DNA of 64,000 bases, taken from assembly GCA_035293405.1 (NCBI GenBank), contig DATDOE010000062.1, positions 7,526 through 71,525 of the forward strand, written 5' to 3'. The position numbers were made by a program, and so were the translations under genes. This DNA is from Vicinamibacterales bacterium (GTDB lineage Bacteria > Acidobacteriota > Vicinamibacteria > Vicinamibacterales > UBA2999). Shown here one piece after another: positions 10,321 to 21,379 of this stretch; the first letter of the stretch is position 1; each line of letters opens with the position of its first letter. The notes under the pieces are model-generated. The model worked only from the letters and a program-made list of their open reading frames with translations, searched no databases and was not told the DNA's origin.

Positions 10321-11673
10321 TCAGGGTTGCGCGGACGGAGGTCCGCCGGCCAGCGCTTTCGCTTCCGCGTCGACGTCCTGCTCCCACTGGGTAATCAGGG
10401 GGAACAGACGCCTGACGATGTCCGTGCGCTGGCTGGCAAGGTCGTTACGCTCGCCGACGTCGCCGGCCAGGTTGAAGAGCAATGGCACCCCGCCGTCGAG
10501 CAGCAGCTTCCAGTCCCCCTGGCGCACGGCTCGCTGCCGCCGCGCGGGACTCGTTATCCTGAAGAAGAGCGTGCGCTCCGCCCGTTGCGCGCCTTGCTGA
10601 AGGAGCGGGAGCAGGTTCATGCCCTCGAGGCGCGCCTCGGGCGGCACTCGCGAGTTGGTCACGGCGAGGATCGTCGCCGTGAGATCCATCACGATGCCCA
10701 CCTGCGCCGACGTTCCACCCGCAGGAATCCGCCCAGGCCAGCTGAAGATCGCCGGCACACGGATCCCGCCCTCCCAGAGTGTGCTCTTGCGGTGAAAGAG
10801 CGGCGCGTTGCGCGACAGCCACTCGCCGCCGTTGTCCTGCGTGTAGATGACGAGCGTGTTCTCCGTCAGGCCCCGGCGCTCAAGGGCCGCGAGGATCTGC
10901 CCGACGCCGCGATCCGCGCGCTCGAGAATGGCGGCGTAATCCTGTCGCGTGCTGGTCGGCTCCTCCTGAGGCTGGACGAACCTCCCGTTTCCCGGCGCCA
11001 CCGATGGACGATCCGGCACCTGAAACGGCCAGTGCGCCGCGTTGTAGGACACCTCGAGGAAAAAGGGCCGTCCGGCATTCTGCTCGATGAACTGCACCGA
11101 TCGCTCGGTGAACAGGTCCGTCGAGTAGCCGGTGACATGGGTTGGCGCGTCGTTCTCGAACAGATCGTGCTCGCCGCTCTGATCGGTGTGCTGGTAGTAG
11201 TCGATCAGCCCGCCCTTGAATCCAAAGAAGTAATCGAACCCGTGGGCGAGGGGGCTGAACTCCGGCTTGTAACCGAGGTGCCACTTGCCAATGAGCGCAG
11301 ATCGGTAGCCGTTGTTCTTCAGGAGTTGTGGCAGTGTGCGACCCGTCGCGCGCAGACCCTGATCCCCCGCCTGGCGCGCAGCGCCTAGAGGGTTCTCGAT
11401 CCGAGATCGCTGCTGATAGCGGCCGCTGATGAGAGCGGCGCGCGTCGGTGAGCAGTTGGGCGCCGCGTAGAAGTCGGTCAGACGCGAGCCGGTTTTCGCG
11501 AGGCTGTCGATGCTCGGGGTCTTGATGTCCGGCGCGCCGTAGCTGCCGATGTCTCCATAGCCCACATCGTCAGTGATGATCAGGACGACGTTCGGCCGGG
11601 CACCTTGAGCGGATTGGCCCGCCGCGGGCGCCGCACACGCAATCGCAATGAGAAGAGTCAGTATTGTTCGCAT
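10321..11673 (-). CDS. Arylsulfatase-family sulfatase
   Basis: PNVVLIITDD, CSPTRAALISG formylglycine motif, GKWHLG, signal peptide. Confidence 0.92.
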   Translation of the reverse strand: MRTILTLLIAIACAAPAAGQSAQGARPNVVLIITDDVGYGDIGSYGAPDIKTPSIDSLAKTGSRLTDFYAAPNCSPTRAALISGRYQQRSRIENPLGAARQAGDQGLRATGRTLPQLLKNNGYRSALIGKWHLGYKPEFSPLAHGFDYFFGFKGGLIDYYQHTDQSGEHDLFENDAPTHVTGYSTDLFTERSVQFIEQNAGRPFFLEVSYNAAHWPFQVPDRPSVAPGNGRFVQPQEEPTSTRQDYAAILERADRGVGQILAALERRGLTENTLVIYTQDNGGEWLSRNAPLFHRKSTLWEGGIRVPAIFSWPGRIPAGGTSAQVGIVMDLTATILAVTNSRVPPEARLEGMNLLPLLQQGAQRAERTLFFRITSPARRQRAVRQGDWKLLLDGGVPLLFNLAGDVGERNDLASQRTDIVRRLFPLITQWEQDVDAEAKALAGGPPSAQP

Positions 11674-11675
11674 GG

Positions 11676-12524
11676 CTATTTGAAGATCGCTTTCAGCGCG
11701 TCGACTTGCGAGGGATCGTTTTCGCCGAGCTTCATCGGCGTGACCGAGACATAGCCGTTCGAGACGGCCCAGATATCAGTACCTTGCGGCGCCGTCCCGC
11801 CTTCGTCATAGACGTTCCAGTAGATCGTGCGACCGGATCCGGGGTGCTTCGTCTCCTCGAACCGCTCGTTCCCTCCGCGCTGCAGCGCCTGCGTCGTGAT
11901 CATGTATCCCTTGTAGCCGCCCGGCGGCACCGCGGGGATGTTCACGTTCAGAAAGGTGTTGGGCGCCAGGCCGTACTGCTTGATGCGGCGAGCCACGCCC
12001 AGCACTTCCTCGGCCGCGTAGACGTAGTCGCGAGGCGCGCCCGCCTCCGCCAACGACGTCGCAATCGCGGGGACGCCGTGCATCGCGCCCTCCCGCGCGG
12101 CGCCGACGGTACCCGAGAGGTACGCGGAGAATCCGAGGTTGTAGCCACGATTGATGCCGGACACAACCAGGTCGGGCTTGGCCATCAGGATGTTCCTGAT
12201 GGCGACGTTGACCGAGCTGGCGGGCGTGGCCGTGAGGCCGATCGCTTTCAGGCCGTTTGGCAGGGTGAGGTCCTCTCGGATCACGGGCTCGCTCGTCACG
12301 ATCGAGTGACCTTTGCCGCTTTGATTGTCCGCGGGGGCGACGATGATCACCGTCCCGATGGCCTGGAGCGTCTGCGCCACGATGGCGATGCCCGGGGCAC
12401 GAACACCGTCGTCATTGCTGATCAGGATTCTGTATGGAGGAGGCTGTGGGCGCTGTTGCGCGCGCGCGGGCGCCAGTGCGCACGACGCCAGCAGCAGGGC
12501 AACGATAACGGGAACTCTCGGCAT
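11676..12524 (-). CDS. surE: 5'/3'-nucleotidase SurE (with signal peptide)
   Basis: ILISNDDG, NQSGKGHS, VVSGINRGYN, YLSGTVGAA, LNVNIP. Confidence 0.9.
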   Translation of the reverse strand: MPRVPVIVALLLASCALAPARAQQRPQPPPYRILISNDDGVRAPGIAIVAQTLQAIGTVIIVAPADNQSGKGHSIVTSEPVIREDLTLPNGLKAIGLTATPASSVNVAIRNILMAKPDLVVSGINRGYNLGFSAYLSGTVGAAREGAMHGVPAIATSLAEAGAPRDYVYAAEEVLGVARRIKQYGLAPNTFLNVNIPAVPPGGYKGYMITTQALQRGGNERFEETKHPGSGRTIYWNVYDEGGTAPQGTDIWAVSNGYVSVTPMKLGENDPSQVDALKAIFK

Positions 12525-12537
12525 GGCGCCGAGATTA

Positions 12538-12879
12538 TCAGAATGCGGGGGTGGGAGGCCTGGTGACCCGGTAGATCGCCCAGACCAGCAGAGCGAGCAG
12601 AGCCAGAGGTAACAGCGGCACGAACAACGAGAAGAGCGCAGCGATCAAGGCCCCGACGAGCGCCACAGCCACAACCACCATCACGATCGGCGCAAACACC
12701 AGGCCGAGCAACGCGCCCACCAGGCCGAAGATCATCCCGAAGAGACCGCCAAGGAGCTTGAAGAAGAGCCGAAACGGCAGCGTGACGAGCCAGATAATCG
12801 CGCCGAGGATCATGAAGGGAATGGCAGCGACCCCTATGAAGGCCATGACGAGGGCGCTGAGAATGATGAAGGCCAGCAT
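12538..12879 (-). CDS. Small hydrophobic membrane protein
   Basis: Almost entirely hydrophobic 113-aa ORF co-oriented with its neighbours. Confidence 0.65.
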   Translation of the reverse strand: MLAFIILSALVMAFIGVAAIPFMILGAIIWLVTLPFRLFFKLLGGLFGMIFGLVGALLGLVFAPIVMVVVAVALVGALIAALFSLFVPLLPLALLALLVWAIYRVTRPPTPAF

Positions 12880-12923
12880 CCTGATCGGACACTACGGCAC
12901 AAGAGTTCTACAGGTTCCAAAGG

Positions 12924-13208
12924 TTAGTGTGGATCGCCGGTCCGCATCGTGCCCGGCACGTCGTACTGAACGAGACCACGGCGGACTTCTTCCATCGCCA
13001 CGCGCTCAGCCTTGAACGGCAGCACGCGATGTTCGTCCGCGGCCTCGTCGTCAGCGCTCAAGCGAGGAAGGGCGCCGCGGCGTAGCTGCTTGGCGCGCAT
13101 GGCCGCGACGTCCACGAATAGAAACCGGCTTTCGATCAGTGCCGCCTTGGGACGCGGTGCCCCGTCAGCCTGGTCCTCGGATTCAAGAACCGCGTTCGTC
13201 TCAGCCAT
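12924..13208 (-). CDS. rpoZ: RNA polymerase omega subunit
   Basis: SRFLFVDVAAMRAKQLRRGA..KAERVAMEEV omega signature. Confidence 0.8.
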   Translation of the reverse strand: MAETNAVLESEDQADGAPRPKAALIESRFLFVDVAAMRAKQLRRGALPRLSADDEAADEHRVLPFKAERVAMEEVRRGLVQYDVPGTMRTGDPH

Positions 13209-13233
13209 GGCCCCAGACTAGCAGGAGCCGCCG

Positions 13234-13668
13234 TCAGGCGGCAACCTCGATGTGAATGGTCCGCGGCCGCGCCTCTTCCCTGAACGGCAGCTTCACGGTC
13301 AACACGCCGTTCTTATGGTCGGCGGTGACCTTGCTCGCATCTACCGAGGGCGGCAGCGTGAAGGAGCGATTGAACGGCCCGTAGCCGCGTTCGACGCGTC
13401 GGAACTGTTCCTCCTTCACGTCGGCGGGCATCTTCTTCTCACCCCGCACCGTCAGGACGCTGTTCTCGACGGTGACCTCGACGTCCTCGCGGTTCACATC
13501 CGGCAGCTCGACTTTGATCACCAGATCATGGCCGGCCGTCTCGAAGATGTCGACCGGCGGCACCCAACTGCCGGGCACCGCGCGGTCCTCACCCCGAAGA
13601 TAGACCTCGCCGAACAGCCGGTTCAACTCAGAGAAGTCACGAAGTGGATCGAATCGAGTGATGGTCAT
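13234..13668 (-). CDS. Hsp20/alpha-crystallin small heat-shock protein
   Basis: WVPPVDIFET, VERGYGPFNRSFTLP, NGVLTVKLP, IxI C-terminal motif. Confidence 0.93.
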   Translation of the reverse strand: MTITRFDPLRDFSELNRLFGEVYLRGEDRAVPGSWVPPVDIFETAGHDLVIKVELPDVNREDVEVTVENSVLTVRGEKKMPADVKEEQFRRVERGYGPFNRSFTLPPSVDASKVTADHKNGVLTVKLPFREEARPRTIHIEVAA

Positions 13669-13681
13669 CTTGTTTCTCCCT

Positions 13682-15547
<1,866 letters not shown>

Positions 15548-15584
15548 CTTGTCTCTCCCTTGGTGTCCCTATGGTAGCCACTAT

Positions 15585-15631
15585 ATTAGTGTGTAGCAAG
15601 CATAATATATGATGCACTAACACTCATGAGT
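15585..15631. promoter_or_regulatory. AT-rich divergent promoter with HAIR-like (HspR-type) half-sites
   Basis: ATTAGT-N7-AAGCAT and ATGATG-N7-ACTCAT, followed by ATGAGT; degenerate versions of TTGAGT-N7-ACTCAA between dnaK and hsp20. Confidence 0.3.
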
Positions 15632-15716
15632 AGGACGCAGCAGCCGGGAAACGGTTTCAGCGGTCTTCAGCTGAGATCTGCCCTTTGTGTGCCGACCCGT
15701 GCGATCATGGGCCGTC

Positions 15717-16178
15717 GTGGCCCAGTTCTCCTCTATTCCCTCCACCGAATCCCGTGAGCTCGGAGACGACCTTCGGAACCTGTTCGAGGACCTGGACGCG
15801 TCTTTACGTCCTGAGCAACGGGTGTTTTCCGGCGAGTGCCATCCCGCCCTGGATGTGGTCGAAGCGGATGACGCGGTTGAGATCGTCGTGGATGTCTCCG
15901 GTATTCCGGCCGAGGCACTCCGAGTGCTCTTCCGGGCCGGAGTCGTGGTGGTCGCGGGCGAAAAGGCACCCAGCCCGGTCACCACGGACCCGACGTTTCA
16001 TCTGGTGGAGCGCGAGTTCGGCAGGTTTGCGCGCGCCGTGCGGCTGACCGGCGCCTTCGACGTGGGGCGGGCCCGCGCGGCGCTGGACGCCGGCGAGCTC
16101 ACGATCGTGATCCCCAAGCTCACCGAGCGTCGCGGCCAATCACAAACGATCCCGATTACGTCGGACCGGCGGCTATGA
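15717..16178 (+). CDS. Hsp20 family protein
   Basis: PALDVVE, FHLVEREFGRFARAVRL, GELTIVIPK, IPI; start uncertain. Confidence 0.85.
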   Translation: MAQFSSIPSTESRELGDDLRNLFEDLDASLRPEQRVFSGECHPALDVVEADDAVEIVVDVSGIPAEALRVLFRAGVVVVAGEKAPSPVTTDPTFHLVEREFGRFARAVRLTGAFDVGRARAALDAGELTIVIPKLTERRGQSQTIPITSDRRL

Positions 16179-17008
16179 ACATCCTCTTCATCGGCGACAT
16201 CGTCGGTCGGCCCGGCCGCGAGCTCATTCGCAAGGGTCTGCGCTGGATCGTCGACCGGCACAGCGTCGATCTGGTGATCGCCAACGCCGAGAACTCCGCG
16301 GCCGGCTTCGGGATCACCAAGGACATCGGTGACTCGCTGCTCGAGATGGGCGTCGATGTGATGACGTCCGGCAATCACATCTGGGACAAGAAAGAGGCGA
16401 TCGAGTACATCGGCGGCGAGCCGCGCCTGCTCCGCCCGGCAAACTATCCGGCGGGCGTGCCGGGCCGCGGGTCGTACATCGCGCAAACCGGCGACGGCCG
16501 CGAGGTCGGGGTCATCAACGTGATGGGCCGCGTCTTCATGCTGAACATCGACGACCCGTTTGCCGTGGTCTTGCGCGAGATCGATGCGATCCGCCACCGG
16601 ACGCGGGTCATCATCGTGGACTTCCACGCCGAGGCGACCAGCGAGAAGATCGCGATGGGCTGGCATCTCGACGGCAAGGTCACGCTGGTCGTGGGCACGC
16701 ATACCCATGTGCAGACCGCCGACGAGCGGATCCTGCCGAACGGGACTGCCTACATGACCGATGCCGGGATGACGGGCCCGCACGATTCGATCATCGGCAT
16801 GGAGCGAGAGCCGTCGTTGGCGCGCTTTCTGACCGGCATGCCGATCAAGTTCGAGCCGGCCACCGGCAATCCGCGACTGAACGGCGTGGTGGTGACCGCC
16901 GACGACAAGACCGGTCGTGCGAGCCTCGTCACACGCGTCAGCTATTCGGAGCAGGAGCTCGTCGCTCAGGGTAAGGCGAGTGAGCCTCTGCACGCGCATC
17001 AGCGATGA
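16175..17008 (+). CDS. ymdB: YmdB-like metallophosphoesterase
   Basis: LFIGDIVGRPGR, NAENSAAGFG, TSGNHIWD, DFHAEATSEK, GTHTHVQTAD. Confidence 0.93.
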   Translation: MNILFIGDIVGRPGRELIRKGLRWIVDRHSVDLVIANAENSAAGFGITKDIGDSLLEMGVDVMTSGNHIWDKKEAIEYIGGEPRLLRPANYPAGVPGRGSYIAQTGDGREVGVINVMGRVFMLNIDDPFAVVLREIDAIRHRTRVIIVDFHAEATSEKIAMGWHLDGKVTLVVGTHTHVQTADERILPNGTAYMTDAGMTGPHDSIIGMEREPSLARFLTGMPIKFEPATGNPRLNGVVVTADDKTGRASLVTRVSYSEQELVAQGKASEPLHAHQR

Positions 17009-18447
17009 ACCTGTTCGACCTTCCCTTCGAAGAGCCTGAACCCGAGCCTGAGCCCGAGCCAGCGCCGGTCCGACACCAGCCTGCGCCCGCCCCGGAGCGA
17101 CGCGTCCACACCGTGTCCGAGCTGACCAGCCGCATTCGCACGCTGGTCGAACAGGAGTTCTTCGAGATCTGGGTCGAGGGCGAGCTGTCCAACTGCCGGG
17201 TGTGGAACACCGGCCACATGTATTTCACGCTGAAGGACGCCCACGCGCAGATCAAGGGCGTGATGTTCCGCTCGTCACTGCTTCGTCTCAGGTTCAAGCC
17301 GCAGGACGGCCTGCGGGTCGTGGCCCGAGGGCGCGTCAGCGTCTACGACCCGAAGGGCGAATACCAGATCCTGTGCGAGCACCTCGAGCCCGAGGGCCTC
17401 GGCGCGCGACAACTCGCCGTCGATCAGCTCAAACAGCGGCTCGCACGCGAAGGGTTCTTCGATGAAAGTCGCAAACGCCCGCTCCCTGCTCTGCCGAGGA
17501 AGATTGGCGTCGTGACCTCGCTGGATGGCGCGGCTGTGCGCGACATCATCAAGGTCCTGAGCCGGCGCTATGCGAACGCTCACGTGGTGATCAGGCCCAC
17601 TCGCGTCCAGGGCGAGGGCGCAGCCCTGGACATCGCGCGTGGCCTGGCGGCGATCGCGCGCGTGAGAGGCGTGGACGTCGTGATCGTCGGCCGTGGAGGC
17701 GGATCGATAGAAGACCTCTGGGCGTTCAATGAAGAAGTCGTCGCCCGCGCGATCGCCGGCTGTCCGGTACCGACCATTTCCGCCGTCGGGCACGAGACCG
17801 ACGTGACGATCGCGGACTTCGTCGCCGACCTGCGGGCGCCGACGCCGTCGGCGGCCGCGGAAATGGTGGTGGCGCGCAAGGACGACTTCGTGTCGCGCAT
17901 CGATCGGCTCGCGCACCGCGTGGGGACAGCGATGGCGGCGCGACGGCATCGACTGGAATCGCGTCTGCGCACGCTCGATGCGCGCTCGGGGCCGACCGGC
18001 GCGCGCGGTCGCCTCGCGATGCGCGGGCGTCACACCGCGGAGCTCACGCACGAGTTGCGGCGCGCGATGCGCGGCGGGCTGTCCCGGCGCGAGCGCGTTT
18101 ATCAACGGCTGCGGCTGACGCTCGAGACGTTCGATCTGCGCCGCCGGCTCGGCCGCGTGCGTACACGGCTGGTGGCCGGTGAGGGCAAGCTCGTCTCCGC
18201 AATGGACCGCCATCGCCATGCGATCGATTCACGACTCGGCGACGCGATCGCCAGACTGGACAGCCTGAGCCCGCTGGCCGTGCTGGCACGAGGCTATGCC
18301 GTCTGTTGGAACGGTGACCGCACAGCGGTCATTCGCGATGCGTCGGACGTGAAGATCGGCGATCAGGTGACCGTGACCGTCGCGCGGGGTGAGCTGGCGT
18401 GCGAGGTCACCGACTGCAGACCGCCGAGTGAGGACCGGAGACAATAG
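17005..18447 (+). CDS. xseA: Exodeoxyribonuclease VII large subunit
   Basis: WVEGELSN, GHMYFTLKD, RGGGSIEDLWAFNEE, SAVGHETD, APTPSAAAE. Confidence 0.97.
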   Translation: MNLFDLPFEEPEPEPEPEPAPVRHQPAPAPERRVHTVSELTSRIRTLVEQEFFEIWVEGELSNCRVWNTGHMYFTLKDAHAQIKGVMFRSSLLRLRFKPQDGLRVVARGRVSVYDPKGEYQILCEHLEPEGLGARQLAVDQLKQRLAREGFFDESRKRPLPALPRKIGVVTSLDGAAVRDIIKVLSRRYANAHVVIRPTRVQGEGAALDIARGLAAIARVRGVDVVIVGRGGGSIEDLWAFNEEVVARAIAGCPVPTISAVGHETDVTIADFVADLRAPTPSAAAEMVVARKDDFVSRIDRLAHRVGTAMAARRHRLESRLRTLDARSGPTGARGRLAMRGRHTAELTHELRRAMRGGLSRRERVYQRLRLTLETFDLRRRLGRVRTRLVAGEGKLVSAMDRHRHAIDSRLGDAIARLDSLSPLAVLARGYAVCWNGDRTAVIRDASDVKIGDQVTVTVARGELACEVTDCRPPSEDRRQ

Positions 18448-18448
18448 C

Positions 18449-18700
18449 GTGGATCCCACCATCAAGGACTTCGAAGCCGCCATCGCGGAGCTCGAGACCG
18501 TCGTCAAGAAGCTCGAGGAAGGCGATCTGCCGCTCGAAGCGTCACTGCAGTTGTACGAGCGCGGCGTGCACCTCTCGCGTTTCTGCCATGCACGGCTCGA
18601 AGAGGCCGAACGCCGCATCGAGATCCTCAATGAGCGCGGCGAGCTCAAGCCCGCACCCGCGACGTTTGCGACTGAGGACGATTCAAAGGTCAAAGGGTAA
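18449..18700 (+). CDS. xseB: Exodeoxyribonuclease VII small subunit
   Basis: FEAAIAELETVVKKLEEGDLPLEASLQLYERG. Confidence 0.95.
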   Translation: MDPTIKDFEAAIAELETVVKKLEEGDLPLEASLQLYERGVHLSRFCHARLEEAERRIEILNERGELKPAPATFATEDDSKVKG

Positions 18701-18717
18701 AGGTCAAAGGTCAAAGG
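18683..18717 (+). repeat. Heptamer tandem array (TCAAAGG)x5
   Basis: TCAAAGG TCAAAGG GTAAAGG TCAAAGG TCAAAGG spanning the xseB stop. Confidence 0.9.
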
Positions 18718-18720
18718 CTA

Positions 18721-19635
18721 GTGCTCGCCGACTATCTCGACGCGCGTCATGCCGAGGTCGAAGCGGCACTGGCGTCGGTGCTGCCTGCGGCTCCTGATTG
18801 CCCGGCCGTCGTCGCCGACGCGATGCGCTACAGCCTGATGGCCGGCGGCAAGCGGCTGCGGCCGATCCTGTGCCTGTCCAGCGCGGACGCGGTGGGCGGC
18901 GATCGAGCGCTCGCGATGCCGGCGGCGTGCGCCATCGAGCTGATTCACACCTACTCGCTCATCCACGATGACCTTCCCGCGATGGACAACGACACGATGC
19001 GGCGCGGCAGGCCGACACTGCACGTCGTCGCAGGTGAAGGCATGGCCATCCTCGCCGGAGACGGGCTGTTGACCGAGGCGTTCAACCTCCTGGCGCGCGA
19101 GCCGCGCACGTCGGATGCGACGCTCGTCGCGAGGAAGCTGCGTGTCGTCGAGACCGTCGCCGCGGCGGCTGGTCCGATCGGGATGGTCGGCGGGCAGGCC
19201 ATCGACCTCGCCTCGGTGACGCCCGACCGATCGGGGCAGATACCGCCCGCGCTCGATGCCGACGCGCTGAGGACGATGCACGGGAAGAAGACGGGAGCGC
19301 TGATTCGCGGATCGGCGAAGGCGGGGGCGATCATGGGAGGCGGCGACGACCGTCAGGTGGACGCGATCGATCGGGCGGCGGCAGAGTTTGGTCTGGCGTT
19401 TCAGATCGTCGACGACATCCTCGACGTGGAAGGGGCATCGGCGGACCTCGGAAAGACCGCGGGCAAAGATGCGGCCGCCGGGAAGCCCACCTATCCTCTG
19501 TTCTACGGGATCGAGGTGTCGCGGCGGATGGCCGCTGACTGCCTCCAGCGCGCCGAAGCCGTGCTCGCGGCCGCCAGCATCGCCGACGATCGGCTGCTGG
19601 GGATCGGCCGCTGGATCGTCCACCGCTCGAAGTAG
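18721..19635 (+). CDS. ispA: Farnesyl/geranylgeranyl diphosphate synthase
   Basis: GGKRLRP, LIHDDLPAMDND..RRG, FQIVDDILD, GKTAGKD. Confidence 0.95.
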   Translation: MLADYLDARHAEVEAALASVLPAAPDCPAVVADAMRYSLMAGGKRLRPILCLSSADAVGGDRALAMPAACAIELIHTYSLIHDDLPAMDNDTMRRGRPTLHVVAGEGMAILAGDGLLTEAFNLLAREPRTSDATLVARKLRVVETVAAAAGPIGMVGGQAIDLASVTPDRSGQIPPALDADALRTMHGKKTGALIRGSAKAGAIMGGGDDRQVDAIDRAAAEFGLAFQIVDDILDVEGASADLGKTAGKDAAAGKPTYPLFYGIEVSRRMAADCLQRAEAVLAAASIADDRLLGIGRWIVHRSK

Positions 19636-19640
19636 GACGT

Positions 19641-19713
19641 GGGGTCAGAACTGGGGTCAGAACTGGGGTCAGAGTCGGGGTCAGAATCGGGGTCAGAGCT
19701 GGGGTCTGACCCC
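19641..19713 (+). repeat. 12-bp tandem repeat GGGGTCAGAnnn x5 ending in palindrome GGGGTCTGACCCC (REP-like)
   Basis: Five units 19641-19700 plus 13-bp near-palindrome 19701-19713. Confidence 0.9.
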
Positions 19714-19722
19714 AATCGCAGA

Positions 19723-20451
19723 ATGCGCGTACGTCTCGATCAACTGCTGCTCGATCGTGGGCTGGTTCCCTCCCGGGAACGCGGGCGGGCGCTCGTGATC
19801 GCGGGACAGGTCAGCGTGGACGGGCACGCCGTGACCAAAGCCGGCACCCCCGTCGAGACGACGGCCGATGTGACGCTGCTCGTCCCGGACCACCCGTATG
19901 TCGGCCGGGGTGGGCTGAAGCTCGCTCACGCGCTGGACACGTTTCACATCTCCGTCGACGGTCGTGAATGCCTCGACATCGGCGCATCCACCGGCGGGTT
20001 CACCGATGTGATGCTGCGGCGCGGCGCCGCGCGTGTCGTAGCCCTCGATGTGGGCCACGGGCAGTTGGACTGGACGCTGCGCAACGACTCGCGCGTCCTC
20101 GTCATCGAACATCTGAACGCGCGGAGCCTGAAGCCAGGCATGCTGCCAACGGCGGTGGACCTCGTCACTATCGACGTGTCGTTCATCTCGCTGGCCCGCA
20201 TCTTTCCGGTCGTCCCGCCGCTGCTTCGTCCCGGCGCCGACATCGTCGCGCTCGTCAAACCGCAATTCGAGGCGGGGCGGGGCGAGGTCCGTAAAGGCGT
20301 GATTCGCGATCCCGCCGTGCACGAGCGCGTCCTCGACGAAGTGACGTCGGCAGGCGCTGAGGTAGGATTGACACGCGTGGCGTCGACGCCCTCACCCGTC
20401 ACTGGACAGAAGGGAAACGTCGAGTTCCTCGTCCACTTCCGTCCGTCATGA
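19723..20451 (+). CDS. tlyA: TlyA family rRNA methyltransferase
   Basis: RLDQLL S4 domain, YVGRGGLKL, LDIGASTGGFTD, DVSFISL, KPQFE. Confidence 0.95.
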   Translation: MRVRLDQLLLDRGLVPSRERGRALVIAGQVSVDGHAVTKAGTPVETTADVTLLVPDHPYVGRGGLKLAHALDTFHISVDGRECLDIGASTGGFTDVMLRRGAARVVALDVGHGQLDWTLRNDSRVLVIEHLNARSLKPGMLPTAVDLVTIDVSFISLARIFPVVPPLLRPGADIVALVKPQFEAGRGEVRKGVIRDPAVHERVLDEVTSAGAEVGLTRVASTPSPVTGQKGNVEFLVHFRPS

Positions 20452-21356
20452 CCCACAACGGCATTGCGCGCGTCGGCATCGTGGCCAAGCGTGGGCTGCT
20501 GGCCGCGGCAGATCCCCTCAATCAGCTGGCCACCTGGCTGCGCGCGCGGACGATCGACGTCGTGTTCGAGACCGACACCGCGGCGCTCGCCCGCACCGAC
20601 GGCGACGCGACAACGTACTCGCGCGAGACTCTTCCCGCCGAGGTCGATCTGATCGTCGTCATGGGGGGCGACGGCACGCTGCTCAGCATGGCCACACGCA
20701 CGGCGCAGGCCGGGCGCGACGTCCCTATCCTCGGCGTGAATTTCGGCAGCCTCGGGTTCCTCACCGAGACACGCATCGACGAGCTCTACACGGTGCTCGA
20801 GTCGGTCCTCAACGGCACCGCGACCTTTGACGATCGGGCGATGCTTGCCGCCGACGCCTATCGCGCCCGCGAGCATTTCGATTCGCGAATCGTGCTGAAC
20901 GACGTGGTCTTCACAAAGGCCGCGCTCTCGCGGATCATCGAGCTCTCGATCTCGGTCAGCAGCGGCCTCGTCACCAAGGTCAAAGCCGACGGCCTGATCA
21001 TCGCCAGCGCGACGGGCTCCACCGCCTACAATCTGGCCGCCGGCGGCCCCATCATTCACCCGCGCGCCGATGCCATCGTCCTCACGCCGATTGCGCCGCA
21101 CACGCTGACCAACCGGCCGATCATCGTCCCCGGCAGCGAAGTAATCGAAGTGCGTCCGCAGTTGCGGGGCAACCTCGACGAAATCTTCGTGACCTACGAC
21201 GGCCAGTTCGGCTACCCACTGCAGGAGGGCGACGTCGTGCGCGTCAGGACGTCGGAGCGCACGCTGCGGCTGGTCAAGGCGCCGGCGCGCAGCTACTTCG
21301 AACTGCTGCGCGAGAAGCTCAAGTGGGGCGAGCGCGGCGGAGACGAGCAGGGCTAG
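20448..21356 (+). CDS. nadK: NAD kinase
   Basis: GGDGTLL, GSLGFL, LND, DGLIIASATGSTAYNLAAGGP. Confidence 0.95.
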   Translation: MTHNGIARVGIVAKRGLLAAADPLNQLATWLRARTIDVVFETDTAALARTDGDATTYSRETLPAEVDLIVVMGGDGTLLSMATRTAQAGRDVPILGVNFGSLGFLTETRIDELYTVLESVLNGTATFDDRAMLAADAYRAREHFDSRIVLNDVVFTKAALSRIIELSISVSSGLVTKVKADGLIIASATGSTAYNLAAGGPIIHPRADAIVLTPIAPHTLTNRPIIVPGSEVIEVRPQLRGNLDEIFVTYDGQFGYPLQEGDVVRVRTSERTLRLVKAPARSYFELLREKLKWGERGGDEQG

Positions 21357-21379
21357 AATCGCTTTCCAAGGAGCACTCG

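Noticed and set aside
15585-15640. CIRCE element upstream of dnaK
   Set aside because: CTAACACTC resembles a left arm but there is no GAGTGCTAA at N9
17031-17060. GAGCCY hexamer repeat in xseA
   Set aside because: Encodes a simple EPEPEP low-complexity linker
19639-19722. GSEL/GSES N-terminal extension of TlyA, or a mini-CRISPR
   Set aside because: Translation of the 12-bp repeat; the conserved protein starts at ATG 19723 and units have no spacers
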